DNA of 63,686 bases, filler included, from Phoronis australis (GCA_002633005.1; 7 parts of 7 records of this genome joined end to end with filler, not necessarily neighbours in it); one strand, 5' to 3'; shown: positions 26,975-41,163, counted from the whole stretch's first letter. Notes: a model not told the origin generated them from the letters alone. Translations and numbers: made by a program.

Positions 26975-27740
26975 ACCGTGTCTAGTTGAACTACAGACAG
27001 TGAAGCTCCTATAGGCGCTACATATGCCGGAAGCTTTTCAGCAAATTATGCCTCACACTGACTAATACCTTTTGCGCATAGAGGAATACCTTAGGAGGCC
27101 GTCAACGGTCAACGTATTTAATTCCTTCGAACAACAAATACTCCCATAATCAAACTTTTTTGCGCAGTCTTTCGTTCAGTTGCCCAAATGGACACTAGAC
27201 AGTACCACCAACACTGTCTCAACTGGCCCTGCAGTAGAAACGGTGGCCTGTTGGCTCTCCATATGCCAAAGCTACTGAAACTATGTATCACACTGATTAA
27301 ACCGTCAGAGTCTTGTTACTACAAGCACCTTTTGCGCACAGAGAGACACTGTAGGAGGGCGTTGATGTCTTTAGCTCTTACTAGCTCGTACAAATTTATA
27401 CTCGAGTCCTGCTATCAAACTTTTTTCCGAACAGTTCTTCATTCACATATATCCTGTGGCATGAGTACACAGTATAAAAATGGCCAGTGGCCGATTTGGC
27501 AACTGAACAAAGGACTATTAGAAAAAAAAGTTTGATTGCATGAGTGTAAATTTGTTCAAGCTGAGTAGAGTTTAAGACATCAACGGCCTCCTGAGGAGTT
27601 CCTCTATGTGCAAAATGTACTTATAGCAATACGAGTTTGATGGTTTAATCAGTGTGAGGCATTCGCTTAAAATCTTCCGGAGTATAGAGGGCCTATGGTA
27701 TGGTCCCCATCTCTACTGAGGCAAACTGAGACAGTGTTAC
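26975..27740. mobile_element. Degenerate foldback/MITE with an extra direct-repeat arm
   Basis: ~27210-27430 is the reverse complement of ~27530-27738 (acactgtctca...tgagacagtgt); ~27010-27200 is a diverged direct copy of the left arm. Confidence 0.55.
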
Positions 27741-28376
27741 TGCCAAAGGTCAGACCAGAGAGACTTCAATCTATGGTTAGACTAGATTATACTACATTCA
27801 CATGAGTGGTGAAAACGCAGCAGTTTCACTGGCTGAAATGCGTTTTTGTGTGACAGACAAGCTCTCCGTGAAGCGGTAATTTCCGTCATTAGTTAGCTTG
27901 TTTCCTCACCACCTGAGTTACTTTAGCCGAAAATTGATGTCACAGTGCGTTCACTCTCTACCATAAATTGATTGATGTGACAACAGAACAGGCCTCTTAC
28001 CCATGTGCACTGACCTTCCCATAACACTCTTTAGATTTCCACTTGACTATGAGCACATGAAATGGCATTCAGTCATCAGTTTTCAATTTCAGTGACAAGT
28101 CAGGACCTTCGTTCATCCAGGGAGAAATGTGCCTGTGCCTTCTGATTGTTACATACCGTTTGAGTTTTTAAATTGAGAAATGAAGTTCCATTGAGTGGTT
28201 CAGCAACTACCTGTAAATCTGCAGCGGAAAAAGGTTTTCATTCCTTTCTGATGGTGGTTGCCATGGTGACATATTTTTCAGGACATCAGTGGGGTTAGAA
28301 ACATCTGACCATCTCAACATGCTTTCTTGTTGGTAAAGTTGCCTTGCTTACTTTACGTTTTAGCTTTGTTTTCAGG

Positions 28377-31300
28377 ATGTCGCTTAAAAGAATAGATGAA
28401 GTTAAACTTGAGGGTTACGTTCAGAAACTGCAGGAGTTGGACATTAACCAGTTCTATATTTTATGTCGAATGCACTTGTCATTCGTAATTGAGCTAAACA
28501 CTGAAAAATTTGAAGAAATCTTATCCGACTCAACCACCAAGACAGACTCGAAAACCAAAAAGACAGCATTTGGCCTCAAAAAGAAAGGTTTGTACCAAAT
28601 TTATTGGTAACACTGGTTTGTTCCCGTGTACACCATTCTGATCGAATGTTAGTTTTTAGTTTTTCTAAAATCTGATTGGTGACCTCTGAGTCTCGAGACA
28701 AACAGCATTTAAGTATCTCAGAGGTCTACTATTAACATGAGCCGTTACTTTTACTGCTGCTGGTACTTTATCATACTCGTACTTACTTGATATTGATAAA
28801 AAAATGATACCACATCCAGTACTTCTACTGCAGACTATTACTACTAAGGTGAAAATTCTTAAGTTTGGGAAATCTCTGAAATTTAGGACCATGAAATTCA
28901 AGCCAAAATTGAATTTATTGGCTTTGAGTGTTGGGACATGGGTGATTTCGGCATTCATCGTATTTCTAAAATATCGGACACTGCGTTTTGTGTCAACAGA
29001 GTCTGAAAATAAACTTGGCAACTTTCATAAAATTGTCGAAAATCGCCTCTGGAGCAACATTTTAATGCGTCTCCCATTATATGTAACATTGATAGAAATG
29101 TTTATTTTCTATCAACAAAGCTTGAATTATCAAAAATAGCCAGCGACTGAACAGAATTCAGAATGGGTAAATTTCCTGTCTTTCTTGTAATTATTGAATT
29201 TAGGATAGCCTGTATTGCCTATTTCTAAAATTTAGCAGATGCTCCAGCCTTTAGGAAAACAATTAAGGCAGTTCCAAACTGGGGAATTGTTATGGTACTA
29301 ACGGTAAGCACAGAACATTTAAATGTTCATAGATACAGGTCTGCCCGCTATCACTTTGTTGTGTTTTTCAACTCCTTGATTTTGTGGTGTGTATCTATTA
29401 ATGAACACACCTGATTATTTACTCTTTGACAATAGCTGTACTTCGGGAGCAAGTTTCTGATATGCAAAATTGGTTAAATACACAACACTTGTGGTAATTA
29501 ACAGTCTTTATTTCGTTACGTTCGTATACTCGGAACAAAGTTCTACACTCAACAGAACGTTGGTGAAGCAACTGACTAAGAGACACCATTAAAAGACACG
29601 GTATTTCGAAACATACTTGTTTTACTCTCAAGTGGAAATTAAGTGATGCAGTAATACCACCACAGAGCATAAGCTGGAAGACATACACAGTGGGACATGG
29701 CAGGTGTGAAATACTGCAAAGAATGTTAAATGAAGGAGGATACGAACAGAACCGAATAAAGACTTTTAATAACGACAAGTGTCAATGCTATAAAATTTAT
29801 CAGTTATCACTTTGCCTTCAGGTTCCAAGGAATCGTTGCTGTCTTCAGGAACAAGTTNGTGGAAATTAAGTGATGCAGTAATACCACCACAGAGCATAAG
29901 CTGGAAGACATACACAGTGGGACATGGCAGGTGTAAAATACTGCAAAGAATGTTAAATGAAGGAGGATACGAACAGAACCGAATAAAGACTTTTAATAAC
30001 GACAAGTGTCAATGCTATAAAATTTATCAGTTATCACTTTGCCTTCAGGTTCCAAGGAATCGTTGCTGTCTTCAGGAACAAGTTTGACTGAAGATAGCGT
30101 GGCACAGCTTAGCGAGCTCATTGCCTTCCTTAGTCTCCCTCAGAGTAGGTTAAATAAGGCTCATAGTATTCAGTTATGATTGGTTGATGATTTACACCAC
30201 ATATTTCTTGGCACAGTAATGGAATAACCATTTTGTAACAGAATCCATAACTAAAATTGGGCCTCATTTTTAATATGAGATGTGAACTCTACTGAGTTTT
30301 ATTCTGACATAATGGAATAGTGTTCTTGTTTGCTTCAAACCTTTGTGGCTTAGCAACCTCTGCTGATCATCAAGTGGGACTTGAGTGTCCCTTGGTCATG
30401 TACATGTCAATCTTCACTTACTTTATTTTTTAAAAACTTCTTACTTCTTGGTTTTACTCAAGACATCAAGTATTTCGAATATTAGGGCGTGTACTAGAAT
30501 TATGTTATGGGTGCAAGCTCACACATGGGCAGAAAGGCCCAAGTAGGCTGATTTACAAATAATTCCTGTTTGATCCTAGTACACGTTTCACATGTGGCCA
30601 AAAGAACTGCTCATGTAAAAAAACTCATGTGAATGCAGTGTACAGTGTATGTTTGTGGCTATTCCTTAGATCTGGAACAAGAAGGACTGTTCCGAAAAAC
30701 GGGCAACATCAGTCGACAGAAAGACTTAAAGGAGCGTATCAACAATGGTGAGAAAACTCACTTCGATAACAACGACTACAGCGCACACGATTGTGCGTCC
30801 ACACTCAAGAACTACTTGGGCGAATTATGCGAACCTCTACTAATGGACAAGCTGTATTCCATTCACTGCCAGGTGGCGGGTAAGTTATATGGTACCACCA
30901 ACAAAAAGGGCACAAGATGTGATTTCTTATGAGCAATAGTTGAATGTAACGTGCCCACATTTTGAGAACCAGTTTGATGCCTATTATTCATTGGAGAAAA
31001 CTGGTTCTCAAAATGTGGTCACATCATATCCGACTATTGCCTTTTTCTGCGACATGTTTTTTTTTTCTGAAATTAGTTTCAGTTATATGATGACATGAAT
31101 TTTAATAAATTCATTTCATATTTTCTTAAAAAATGATTGCAAGTTCAAATTTGGTGGATGATTTTATTTTTAGTGTGTGGGGTTCAAAATACCACATGAA
31201 AACCAAACCATACTCTTCAATTTGAAGAAACAATCAGTCAAAGGCTTACTGCATTGCAGCAAATGTTCAACATTTGAGCTTTCTTGCATTTATTTGTGTC

Positions 31301-31849
31301 TGTAAATTTGACCATTCCAGGCTCTGCTATTCAGAATACATAGAGTGTAATAAAGCAACTATCTTCTCAGCCAGGACCTTAATCACCTTGTTAAGCTGTG
31401 TTTAGTTACACAGGCCAAATGAGACAGTTGCATGACTAAGAGCAGGGTTCACAAAGAACTACTTTGCTGAATTAGCATGTTAATTTCAAAAGGCCTGTTG
31501 TGTGTGAATGACACCCATTATTTACAATCCTCTGCAAAATTCTAAGGCACTGTGTGGACTAGTTACCCCCTCCATGCCCAAAATGACAAAACAATCCAAC
31601 TTTTTCACCTGACCATTTTTTTATTTCTTATTTTCTTGTAAGCTTGTCGCTTGTTTTTCAGACCTAGCGTGCGCAGACAAAAAGGTTAAGGCTCTGCAGC
31701 TGCTGTTTCTGCTCTTGCCATCGATAAATCGGGAACTGCTGAAGAAGATTCTCTACCTTCTCCACCAGGTGGCATGCACAGAGGCCAACAAGATGAGCGC
31801 AGATGCCCTTGGAACTATGTTTGCACCTCAGATACTCTGCCCACGCAAA
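28377..31849 (+). CDS. ARHGAP19: Rho GTPase-activating protein 19 (RhoGAP54D-like), 5' part; 3' exons missing beyond the gap
   Basis: Exons 28377-28587 (MSLKRIDE...FYILCRMHLSFVIEL...), 30049-30144 (GSKESLL...LTEDSVAQLSELIAFL), 30670-30879 (LEQEGLFRKTGNISRQ arginine finger...DCASTLKNYLGELCEPLL), 31662-31849 (ALQLLFLLLPSINRELL...NKMSADALGTMFAPQILCPRK). All GT-AG and in phase. Confidence 0.9.
30933..31040. mobile_element. Palindromic MITE
   Basis: gcaatagt...cacattttgagaaccagttt / aaactggttctcaaaatgtg...actattgc inverted arms. Confidence 0.7.
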
Positions 31850-32234
31850 GTGAGTGTAACAAGCTAGGCTGCCAAGGGAAAACAACCCAGAATCCTTTTA
31901 GTTTCAGGGTGAATAGACTATTGGTAGGTTAAACATCAGGGCTTGGAATTTTTCGCGGAAACGCGGATTTCCGCTTTTTTCAAATGTGCTTTCCGCTTTT
32001 TTTATAATATTTCCGCGTAAAAAAATCGGNNNNNNNNNNNNNNNNNNNNNNNNNNNNNNNNNNNNNNNNNNNNTTAATTAATTAANNNNNNNNNNNNNNN
32101 NNNNNNNNNNNNNNNNNNNNNNNNNNNNNGGGGGTTTTTCCTCTAAAAATTAAGCATTTTCCTTGATTCCTGAAGTGTTATCCAAGAAAAAAGGCAAAAA
32201 AAACCGTAGAACGTGTCAAACAGGAAAACTGCAA

Positions 32235-32305
32235 GATACCAGAGACTCGAACTCACAACCTGGTGAATAGAGCGCGCAAGCTTTACCACTACACCACCAC
32301 GACTC
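32235..32305 (-). pseudogene. tRNA-derived sequence (SINE head or tRNA pseudogene)
   Basis: The minus strand has an A box TGGTGTAGTGG and a B box GAGTTCGAGTC at tRNA-like spacing; no convincing cloverleaf. Confidence 0.5.
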
Positions 32306-35300
32306 AACTACTGAACGTATACTAAGAGACCTTCTTGTTGATGGTCCACAGCATTTGCGCGCGAAACCTACTTTTTTGTAATGCTTATTACACATTTTAT
32401 ATTTTGTGCAATCGGTTCTTAACAAATTTGTCGTATTTAAAATAGTCTTCAAATGCCCAAAAGGACAAATGCGTTTTTCGTGTTGGCAATTGCTTTGGAA
32501 ATCGTCTTAAGTTAAGGTTTGACAAAGAGAGAATTATGAGTTTCTGAGTGATTCACTAAGGCTTCGATTAAAATATTTATCTTACCAGCAGCTTCTGTTT
32601 TTTCATCGTCACTCAGGTTCCATTTTCTTTAAAAAATGAAGTAAATTTTCTTCATTGCACAGTGGAGCAGACGACGGAAACGGAGTCGTAGAGCGTAGCG
32701 CCACTGCGGTCGCCTGGGATATCGCGGGAGAGCCTATACTTAGCCATAGTTCCGTTATGAATAAGCCGTGTTCCAAATTTGACACTTGAAATTGGATCTG
32801 AGCCCCCCCAAACACTAAAACTGCACACATTTAAATGTTGTTTCATCCGTTTAATTTTAATTACCGGGGTTAATTAATAAACTCAACATTTTCCTACGCT
32901 CTTGCTGTTTTATATTTTTTGCGGGGCTACCTGGGCCCCCCGTAAATCCGCCTATGTCTATGGAAACACAAGTCACAGTGTATGGATAACTGTGCAGTGA
33001 CATAATGCAATGTAAAATTTCAAGCGTACAAAATCTGTCAAATGACGGCCCACTTCACAACACAAGTCATAGAAATTGGAAAACATTTGAAGAAAATTTG
33101 AGACAGTTACAGGCATGAATGATTTTTACATGAATGTTATTGGTATCGTGTGAGCCTCATACTCATGGTACATGGGTATGGCATGTTCTTACATCAATTG
33201 TAGCCATTTAAGGCTTGGAGGGGTAACTAGTCCACGGTGTGGCGTAGAATTTTGCCGATATCTGTAAATCATGGGTGTCGTTTACACAAAAAAGGCCTGC
33301 TGATATTGACATGCAAGGTCAGTGAAAATAGTTCTTTGTGAACCCTACTCATAGTCATACAACAAAAGATTTATGGTCCTGGCTGAGAAGACAATTGTTT
33401 TATTACTCCCTATGAGTTTGAAATAGCCAAGCCCAGAATGGTAGTGACTCTTCACATGGGCTCAGTTACATGTAACCTGAACTGCGTGCAGACACCCGCG
33501 TCTAACATGGGGAACTAAGGCACCCTCTCACTTCACAGAGAGGCAGCAGGGAACCATACTAGCCAGATCTTCACTTAACTCTAACAAAGTTTGGTCAGAG
33601 CTCCAAGACATCCCACTCCATACCTTTGGCCCTTTAGATAATTCTGAGTATCGTTCCATATATGTAGACTTATTTAAAGTTTCTTGCGAGTGTAGCGAGA
33701 TCACGTTGTAAGACCGCGTAAGTGTGAACAAGGGGTGTAATTTGCTTGTAGCTCGTTCAAGCGTAACTTGACAAAATAGTGGCCACTGCAAAGCGATTGG
33801 ATGTTGAGGTTGTAATGCTGAATTATGGGATGTAATTCACTATTTCTCTGTATAAATTCATGGAATGCTGCCCTGATTTCAGCGTATTCATAAACTATCT
33901 CTCGATCCCTAGTTTAACCTGTGCTAGTTGAACCTTCTTTTCATAAATTGCAGGGTTCTTATCTATTATGGTTTTATAAAAGAGAATGTAAGAGCTCAAA
34001 TAATATTTAAGGAAGGATTTCTAAAATTATGGATTGCTTTCGTAAGAATACACACATTTCTCAAATAAATGATAATGAATATTTTACACTTTTCTGCTAC
34101 GAGTTTCAAAGTACCAAAATATACTGGGTTCAAAACTAATTATAACTTGTTGTGATGAAGTCGGATTTCTTTGTGTCTTGAGCAGTTTTTGTTGTTTTTT
34201 CTTTTAGCTTAAAATGAGTGCACCATGGTCGACATGTATCGAAAATGAGCAAGAAATGAGAGGGAAGATGACGCTAGCCAGGAGGTACGTTCTTGTACAG
34301 TGCATGATAAAAGTAAACTCAACCAACTGCTAATTNTTTTTCTTTTAGCTTAAAATGAGTGCACCATGGTCGACATGTATCGAAAATGAGCAAGAAATGA
34401 GAGGGAAGATGATGCTAGCCAGGAGGTACGTTCTTGTACAGTGCATGATAAAAGTAAACTCAACCAACTGCTAATTATAACTGCAGCAGATATGACTGGA
34501 AATGACTGTTATGGCAGGAAAAATCTAATTACACCTTAGCAGCTTTCCTGTTAATATCCCTTCATTCTCAGTCGTCAGGGAAGGCTACTGCAACTATGGA
34601 TCCGACCTTCTCCCAGCCCATTTGCAACTCCTCTGGTATTTTCGTAGCCTCAAATTATCACTTGGAGTCGTTTCACGTCATTCTGCGCAAGAGATGGTTA
34701 AAATTTTGGCTTCAGCTCAGCAGGCTTCAAAACTTGAACACCTGGTTATGACTTGTAGACCCTTGGAACTTAATGACCCTTGATTGAGAGAGTCATTTTT
34801 GCAAAATACTCACCCTTAAATTTCTTTTGGATCACTTTTTGTTAAGCAAAACGGATGTGGTATTTAACTGTAATTACTTTTAACTGCACTAATTAGCAAG
34901 CCGAATCGAATTCTTATGAGTTTTTGACATTTTTATAACATCCATTCTACAATTTCAGTCATTCTGTAAATTTACCGTTTTTTCTGACTTCCGTTTCTGA
35001 CAGTCTGCACTGTAGCACTCTTGACAAACGATGATCTATTAGTCATTAACTTTTCATTGTCTCAAGTAAGTTTTAAATGATAAAGATTTTAGTCACCGGT
35101 TGTATTTGGGGGCTTCATTTTTTCTTGGAAATTNNNNNNNNNNNNNNNNNNNNNNNNNNNNNNNNNNNNNNNNNNNNTTAATTAATTAANNNNNNNNNNN
35201 NNNNNNNNNNNNNNNNNNNNNNNNNNNNNNNNNGTGTCCGAATTTGGCGGACCTCCACTAATTTGGATTTCCGCGCTAGTGTCCGAATTTCGTGGGTGTA

Positions 35301-38300
35301 CATTATTTCGATGAGCGGTCGTAGTACAACATTGCTGGCTCGGTCATTTGATAGCAGTATAATTGCAGGTCAGTGAGACTCAAATGCTCTGCGCGATTAA
35401 TTTTTGAAAATCCAATAAGAAATGTGCGTTGTCGACGCACAAAGACCATTCCCGACAAGTGTTGATTCTTCTTTTCAAAGATGCGCTTTCTCAATATGAC
35501 ATATTCGGCTGGCATTGTCGATGCTCAAAAACCGTTTTCGGCGAGTGACGGAATCTTTTCAAAAATGCGCTATCTCACTTGAAATATCGGGCTGGTGACA
35601 AATATGGGCTTTCCAATGAGAGGGTCTAATTTGCGTTGTTGACGCACATGAAACGTTGCAGACAACTGATTCTCTTTTGTAAAAATGCGTTTTCTCAATA
35701 AAAAAATGTCGAGTTTGCGTTGTCAACGCATGGTTTCCCAATAAAAAGCTGGACTTGCGTATTCGACGCACAAAGAGGTTCCCGACCATCAAAACTTGCG
35801 CTTTCTCAATTTTAACGAATTTTGCATTAAACGTAACAGTAATGGATGTGGGAACGAGTTCAATGAAGAAAGTGATAAACAATGACGAGAACATAGTATA
35901 TTTTTATGTTTTTAAACGTATCCATGCATTGTCTGCTGGTTACAAACCAAAACGCAAGTTAACACCATATTAACTGAAAGCTCAGTTTCAACATGAAAAC
36001 TTCGAATGAACAATTACCTAAAATAGATTACAAAGACAATCATGATAGTAAAAGGAGTAGTTTCTCATCTACTCGTGATCCCCATTCGTCGTCCTGGTAG
36101 TCATCTGAATTGTTGAAGAAGCGCTGTCGTACATGTTTAGGCCTACTGCAAACGATGGGAATGCGTCGACTAGTACAGTGCTGCGCGGCTGAAGACACGA
36201 TTAACTAACATTATAAGGGCGTTGTCTAGAAAGCGAATGCCATTTCAAATGCTACCAACATCAAATTCACCCAACCGTTTTTTACAATTAAAAACCTTTC
36301 TCATCCACAGCCTTTGAAACGCCGATGTTAACTCAGGGATACATTGGCGCGTCTTCATACAACTGAGGTGACATAACACATCTGTGTTCGATTACCTTTT
36401 TAACCACAGTGAAAACTCTGACTTGTGAAATCTGTTTGTGGATGAAATGAAACTGATAATCTTTAACATTTTCTGATAATATGCGTGGAAGATAACAGGG
36501 CCGTTTCTTCTGATCGTCACCAGTTTAACACCGTCCACGGTCGTCACCAATTTTGCGCACCTCAGTGTCCCTCAGTCACTACTAATTTACGCCGCAACCC
36601 CCCCCCCGGCCTCCTGCTGCATACCAATGTCGAGTTTGCGCCACTACATGTAATTCTAAGGGTGTCTGCTAGGTGCACCCCCCTGCCAAGACCGTTGCGC
36701 ACGTTGATACAATAGGCTACTGGGCAGATCACGACAGTCACAAGAATCGACTAGTGACGACCTCAGAAAAACGAAAACATTCAATTTGGGACAGCTTGAA
36801 CTCATGAAGGACGTAAACCAGGCAATTCAAGAACCGATCTACTATTTATATACTTAATTTTCTTTCTTAATACATACTTAACCAATTACAATTCATCTAT
36901 GTCGACCGTTTTCATTTCATTGCTTCAAATATTTGCTACAGTTACGGAAAATAGTTCTTCCTACAGGTCTCTGCTGATGGACGCTGTACACTTCTGCTAA
37001 CATTTAAAGTATGAACAGTCGCGAGTTTACTGAAGTCTCATTATAAGTACAGACATGTTGTTGAAGAATAACAGTGACTATCTGAAGAGGGGAATATATA
37101 ACAAAATAAAATATGGAAACACCAAACAAAAATCAAAACAACACTTACCTGTTGCAATAACGCCTTAAACGCGAACGTACTGACCGACTTGCATTAACGG
37201 AATGTTAGTTGAACATGTTAGTAGAACAAAACTGTCCCAATGAAATTTTCATGGTTAACAGGTTTAAGAAGATCCACCGTAAATTTCCGTATACAAGTCC
37301 AGAAGAATATATGCTCAATTTGCGTACCTTAAATTTTTCCCAAAAATATATCTGGGATGCATATCCTGAGAATAAAAATGCATGCTTGAAATCTAAAAAT
37401 AATGGTAGGATATACATGTACTTAGGGTGAGCTACACTATTTATACTGTATCCGTGTATTCGGCATTGCCGAGTATAGGCCCTGGTGTATTTTTACATAA
37501 GACGTTTGGTTTTCCGAACTTATACACGGAAATCGCTGGTAATACTTCCCAAAATTATTTACACTTGCTGCAAGTAAGGCATCACCTCGGATAAAAATAG
37601 AACAATAATAATTACCAATGTAACAGTCATCTCTTTCGAATCAAACACAATTAAGTACACTTACAGCTGAATGCCTCTAAAACTATCTTAAGTAATACAA
37701 AAAACATGGTCTGTAGTTTAAGATCACGTTTCTTTTTTGTCTCAAAACTATCAACTGAAGGCGGTGACATGGACAAGAAGACAAGTTCCTGTGGAAAGTA
37801 GATATGGAACTCCGGGTCGGAAACACCTATCAGGTTCCAGGCCCGTTGCATCGGACTCCAGGTCCTGTATTCCTGTTAGCCTACCCCTACGGCCACAAGA
37901 AGCAACGACTACCAAATCTGATTCAACTGACTTGTCATTTTTCGAAATGATTGGTGGAGGATTTTCTTAGTCGCCGTAGACAGAGTCCCGGTGTCCTTGT
38001 CGGGATTCATCATAATCTCGGGATACCATGGAGTCTAGCTTGTTGTACCTCAGACGGCACAAGGCGCGAATTAACACGACCACAAGTACACAGACTAGTT
38101 GATGAGCAAGCAAAATTGGGTCGCCGCAAGTTCAATCTTTTTTAGGTATACATAGGGGTAAAGCTCGTAATGCTAGGACTTCCCTAAAAAGCAAGAATTC
38201 ATGAAATTACGTGCTATATTGTGTATTTTATTTGAAAACGTGATTTTGGCTAGATTTTTCTATTCCCAAGACAGCTAATGAACTCTACCCTAGTCTTCGT

Positions 38301-39755
38301 CCAGGGGCGCTAGGGTGAGAATTTCACGAGCACGCTAGACTGAGGACTTCGAGACGTATGGTCAGGTATTGGAAGCCAGGCACACGATCACACTAGCTTC
38401 TTTAGCGAGATTCTTGCATCTGCGATGCTTATCAGAGGGCTACAGAGAATTTGTAAGGGTAGTGAAGCGTGGTTACGTGGATGTACATTAGTTTTTGATA
38501 TGTGTTATAGCACACCGGCGCTTACACAACATAGGACAGGGATGCAATGTCTCTGTAACAATTGCGTGTGCGCCGCGCGCCGTTCCGATTGCTGGGCCTT
38601 GACTGCTAAACACATTACACGAATGAGCACTGCCACGAAGACACAGAAAAACGAAAGACGTTTGAACTGCATACAGATTTTCAATGAAAATTTTTCGTTT
38701 CATCCCAAAAATTGCGTTGTCAGAAGCACTGAATGTTGTATGAAGTCAGTGGTGACTCATTCCTTGCTAACTGTCCCATTCAAAATTATTAAACGCCCAG
38801 AACGGCTGCAAAAAATTTCAATCATTCGCCGGGATGCAGGTAAGTGGCAGCATGACTTATTGTCCGACGATATTTAGTCGACTGAAGATAGAGGAACGGA
38901 AGCATGAAACCTTCCGTGCACGACGCAGCCTCCGTAGGTTGGGCTCACGCGGTGTACGACTTAATTATCTTTGCTTTGTAACCAGCTTTACTTTGGCTAC
39001 GTCTCATTCGGCTGCTGCTGTTCACTATCTACACTACTTTGAACGCTCGATATCCCACGGACAAACTTGTCTGTGGCTTATTCTGTATGGGGCCTAAACA
39101 AAAAATATTTCTCATCGCGTCAAGGATAAAATCCGGACACGTCGTCGGGAGATTTTAGCCAATGACAAGGGCATTTGCAAAGTGCAGGACGTTTTAAAAA
39201 TAAAAACGTTTCGTAAAAAGCAAGTTGATGTCAGGCGTTCAAGTTCAATGTCACAGTCGGAGGTCGAACAGCACGGTCTATTTAAACCAGAGCACATGTT
39301 ACGCTACAACGAAAAGTTGCAGCCTTCGTTGTATTTCCTATTTGTATTTTCATCAGAAATTTTCGTCTTAAGGGACTCGGTGATTCTTTTCATAGCTAAA
39401 GCGCCAAACACAAGCGAAATGCAAGACAATCGAGTAACGGTCGTGATATCGTCAAGACAAGGTAAATGTTACCGTCAAAGCCCGTTACACCGATTCTCGG
39501 ATTCAAGCCTTATAGAGATCCGTTGAACGCTTTAGTGACACGGGAGTTGCTGCGATACCAAATAAGCGTTTCTAAAATTTTCTTTGTCCGAAAGTCGCTG
39601 ACAAAATTCGGCGTTTATGGCAATGTCCGAAATTCGAGAATCTTTGAAAAACAGTTTTTGGACCTTGTACGAATTTCATGGACTATGAAAAACTCATTTC
39701 GGAAATATTTATTCTTGGTCGAAAATGGCGGGCCGTCCGAAAATCACGCGACTCA

Positions 39756-39963
39756 GATCCCTTGCTTGTTACACTAGGATCCCTTGCTAGGACCCCAGGT
39801 TGGTCACACTCGGGTCCCTTGCGTGTCACACCAAGATCCCTTGCTTGTCACACCGAGACCCTTGCTTGTCACTCTGTGATCCCTTGGTTGTGATACCCGG
39901 ATCGCTTGCCGGTCACACTGGGCTCCCTTACGTGTTACTCTAGGATCCGTTGCTTGTCACACA
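39756..39963. repeat. Degenerate ~22-bp minisatellite
   Basis: About 9-10 copies of gatcccttgcttgtcacac(y)rg. Confidence 0.75.
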
Positions 39964-40294
39964 CGAAATATTCCACATTTTACTTAATCGGCATAGTTCG
40001 GAGTTTCTTCAAAATTGGACGAGCTTTTAAGAAGAACGGTAAAAAAGAACTTTCACTGTCTGAAATTGATGAGATTTTTGCGTTCACATATGGGCGAACA
40101 AAAAGTGCAGTCACGGCTAGAGACAATAACTACTCAACACCAGTAGTCATAAACAAACACGATTTATTAAACCATTACCAGATGATAGCAGGATACGTCT
40201 ACATTTCTAAAAGGCAGTAGTTACAACAACTTGGCCATATCTTAGACTTAGCCAGGCTTATTCATTAGCACTGACATCAACAGAGTAGCCAACT

Positions 40295-41163
40295 GACTAC
40301 ATTTAGTTTCGACCCGGCCGTGCGGCGAGTAGTTCCGGTGGGTGAGGTTGAGCCCCGCAGTGGCCCTAAACTTTTCAGTCGCGCTTTGAAATGCTGCGAT
40401 CTTGACATGGATTAGATGAATGTATGCTGGTTGATAATTCATCAATATTCCTACTTCATATTCTTTTAGAAATGCATGTACGCACTCATTTTTCCATATT
40501 CCTAAGACATGCGGACAATTTCGCATGCGCTGGTAAGCCAAAGAAAGTGATTTATTACCCGAGCCTTGTTTTCGGTATAGCTGCATCTAATAACCAAAAT
40601 GTCGTTTATTTTTGCATGTACAATGTAAAAGTATAACAAATACAGCTGAGTCCGAAATTTTAGATACTTTCGGAGTAGTGAAGCTTCGGAGTAGTGAGAA
40701 GCTTCGGAGTAGTGAACCTTCCCATTTCCAGCGACGTAAGCAACTTAAGTAACACGAAAAAATACAATCAGTTCACAAATTACGTGAAGTCATTCTCCGA
40801 CCAAATATTGCCATCGGACTATGTAATGAGGTGTAATCACTCATTTGAACACACCTGAGTTGAAAGTATAACAGGAGGTAACGCGTGAACGTTCTACTTG
40901 TGGGACATCATTGCATCCGAATTTGAGTCCCGTTTTTTGAGAGCAACCGTCACGGCATCCTCATTTCTGGATTACGAATTCCGTTTTATCTCAAGAACAT
41001 AGAGTTGAAAGCCATCATTGTCGTGCATACAGATTCCCCTTCCCCATAAATAAGCTGAGTCAAGGGCTTACCGAAAACTCCAGTGTCAACGTTTGCAAAA
41101 TATCCAAGGTCCACTTTTGAAGAAATTCCAACCACCCCTCGCGCAATGCTGGCTACAAGCCTG
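40295..41163. mobile_element. Dispersed repeat (non-autonomous DNA transposon end); paralog at 57290-59531
   Basis: Colinear similarity with 57290-57938 plus 59305-59531, including (cttcggagtagtgaa)n and the terminus ctcgcgcaatg...ctac(aa/gg)gcctg. Confidence 0.7.

Noticed and set aside
29632-30084. Duplicated ARHGAP19 acceptor and partial exon
   Set aside because: Single-N (29858) overlap artefact.
34196-34476. Duplicated orphan exon
   Set aside because: Single-N (34336) overlap artefact.
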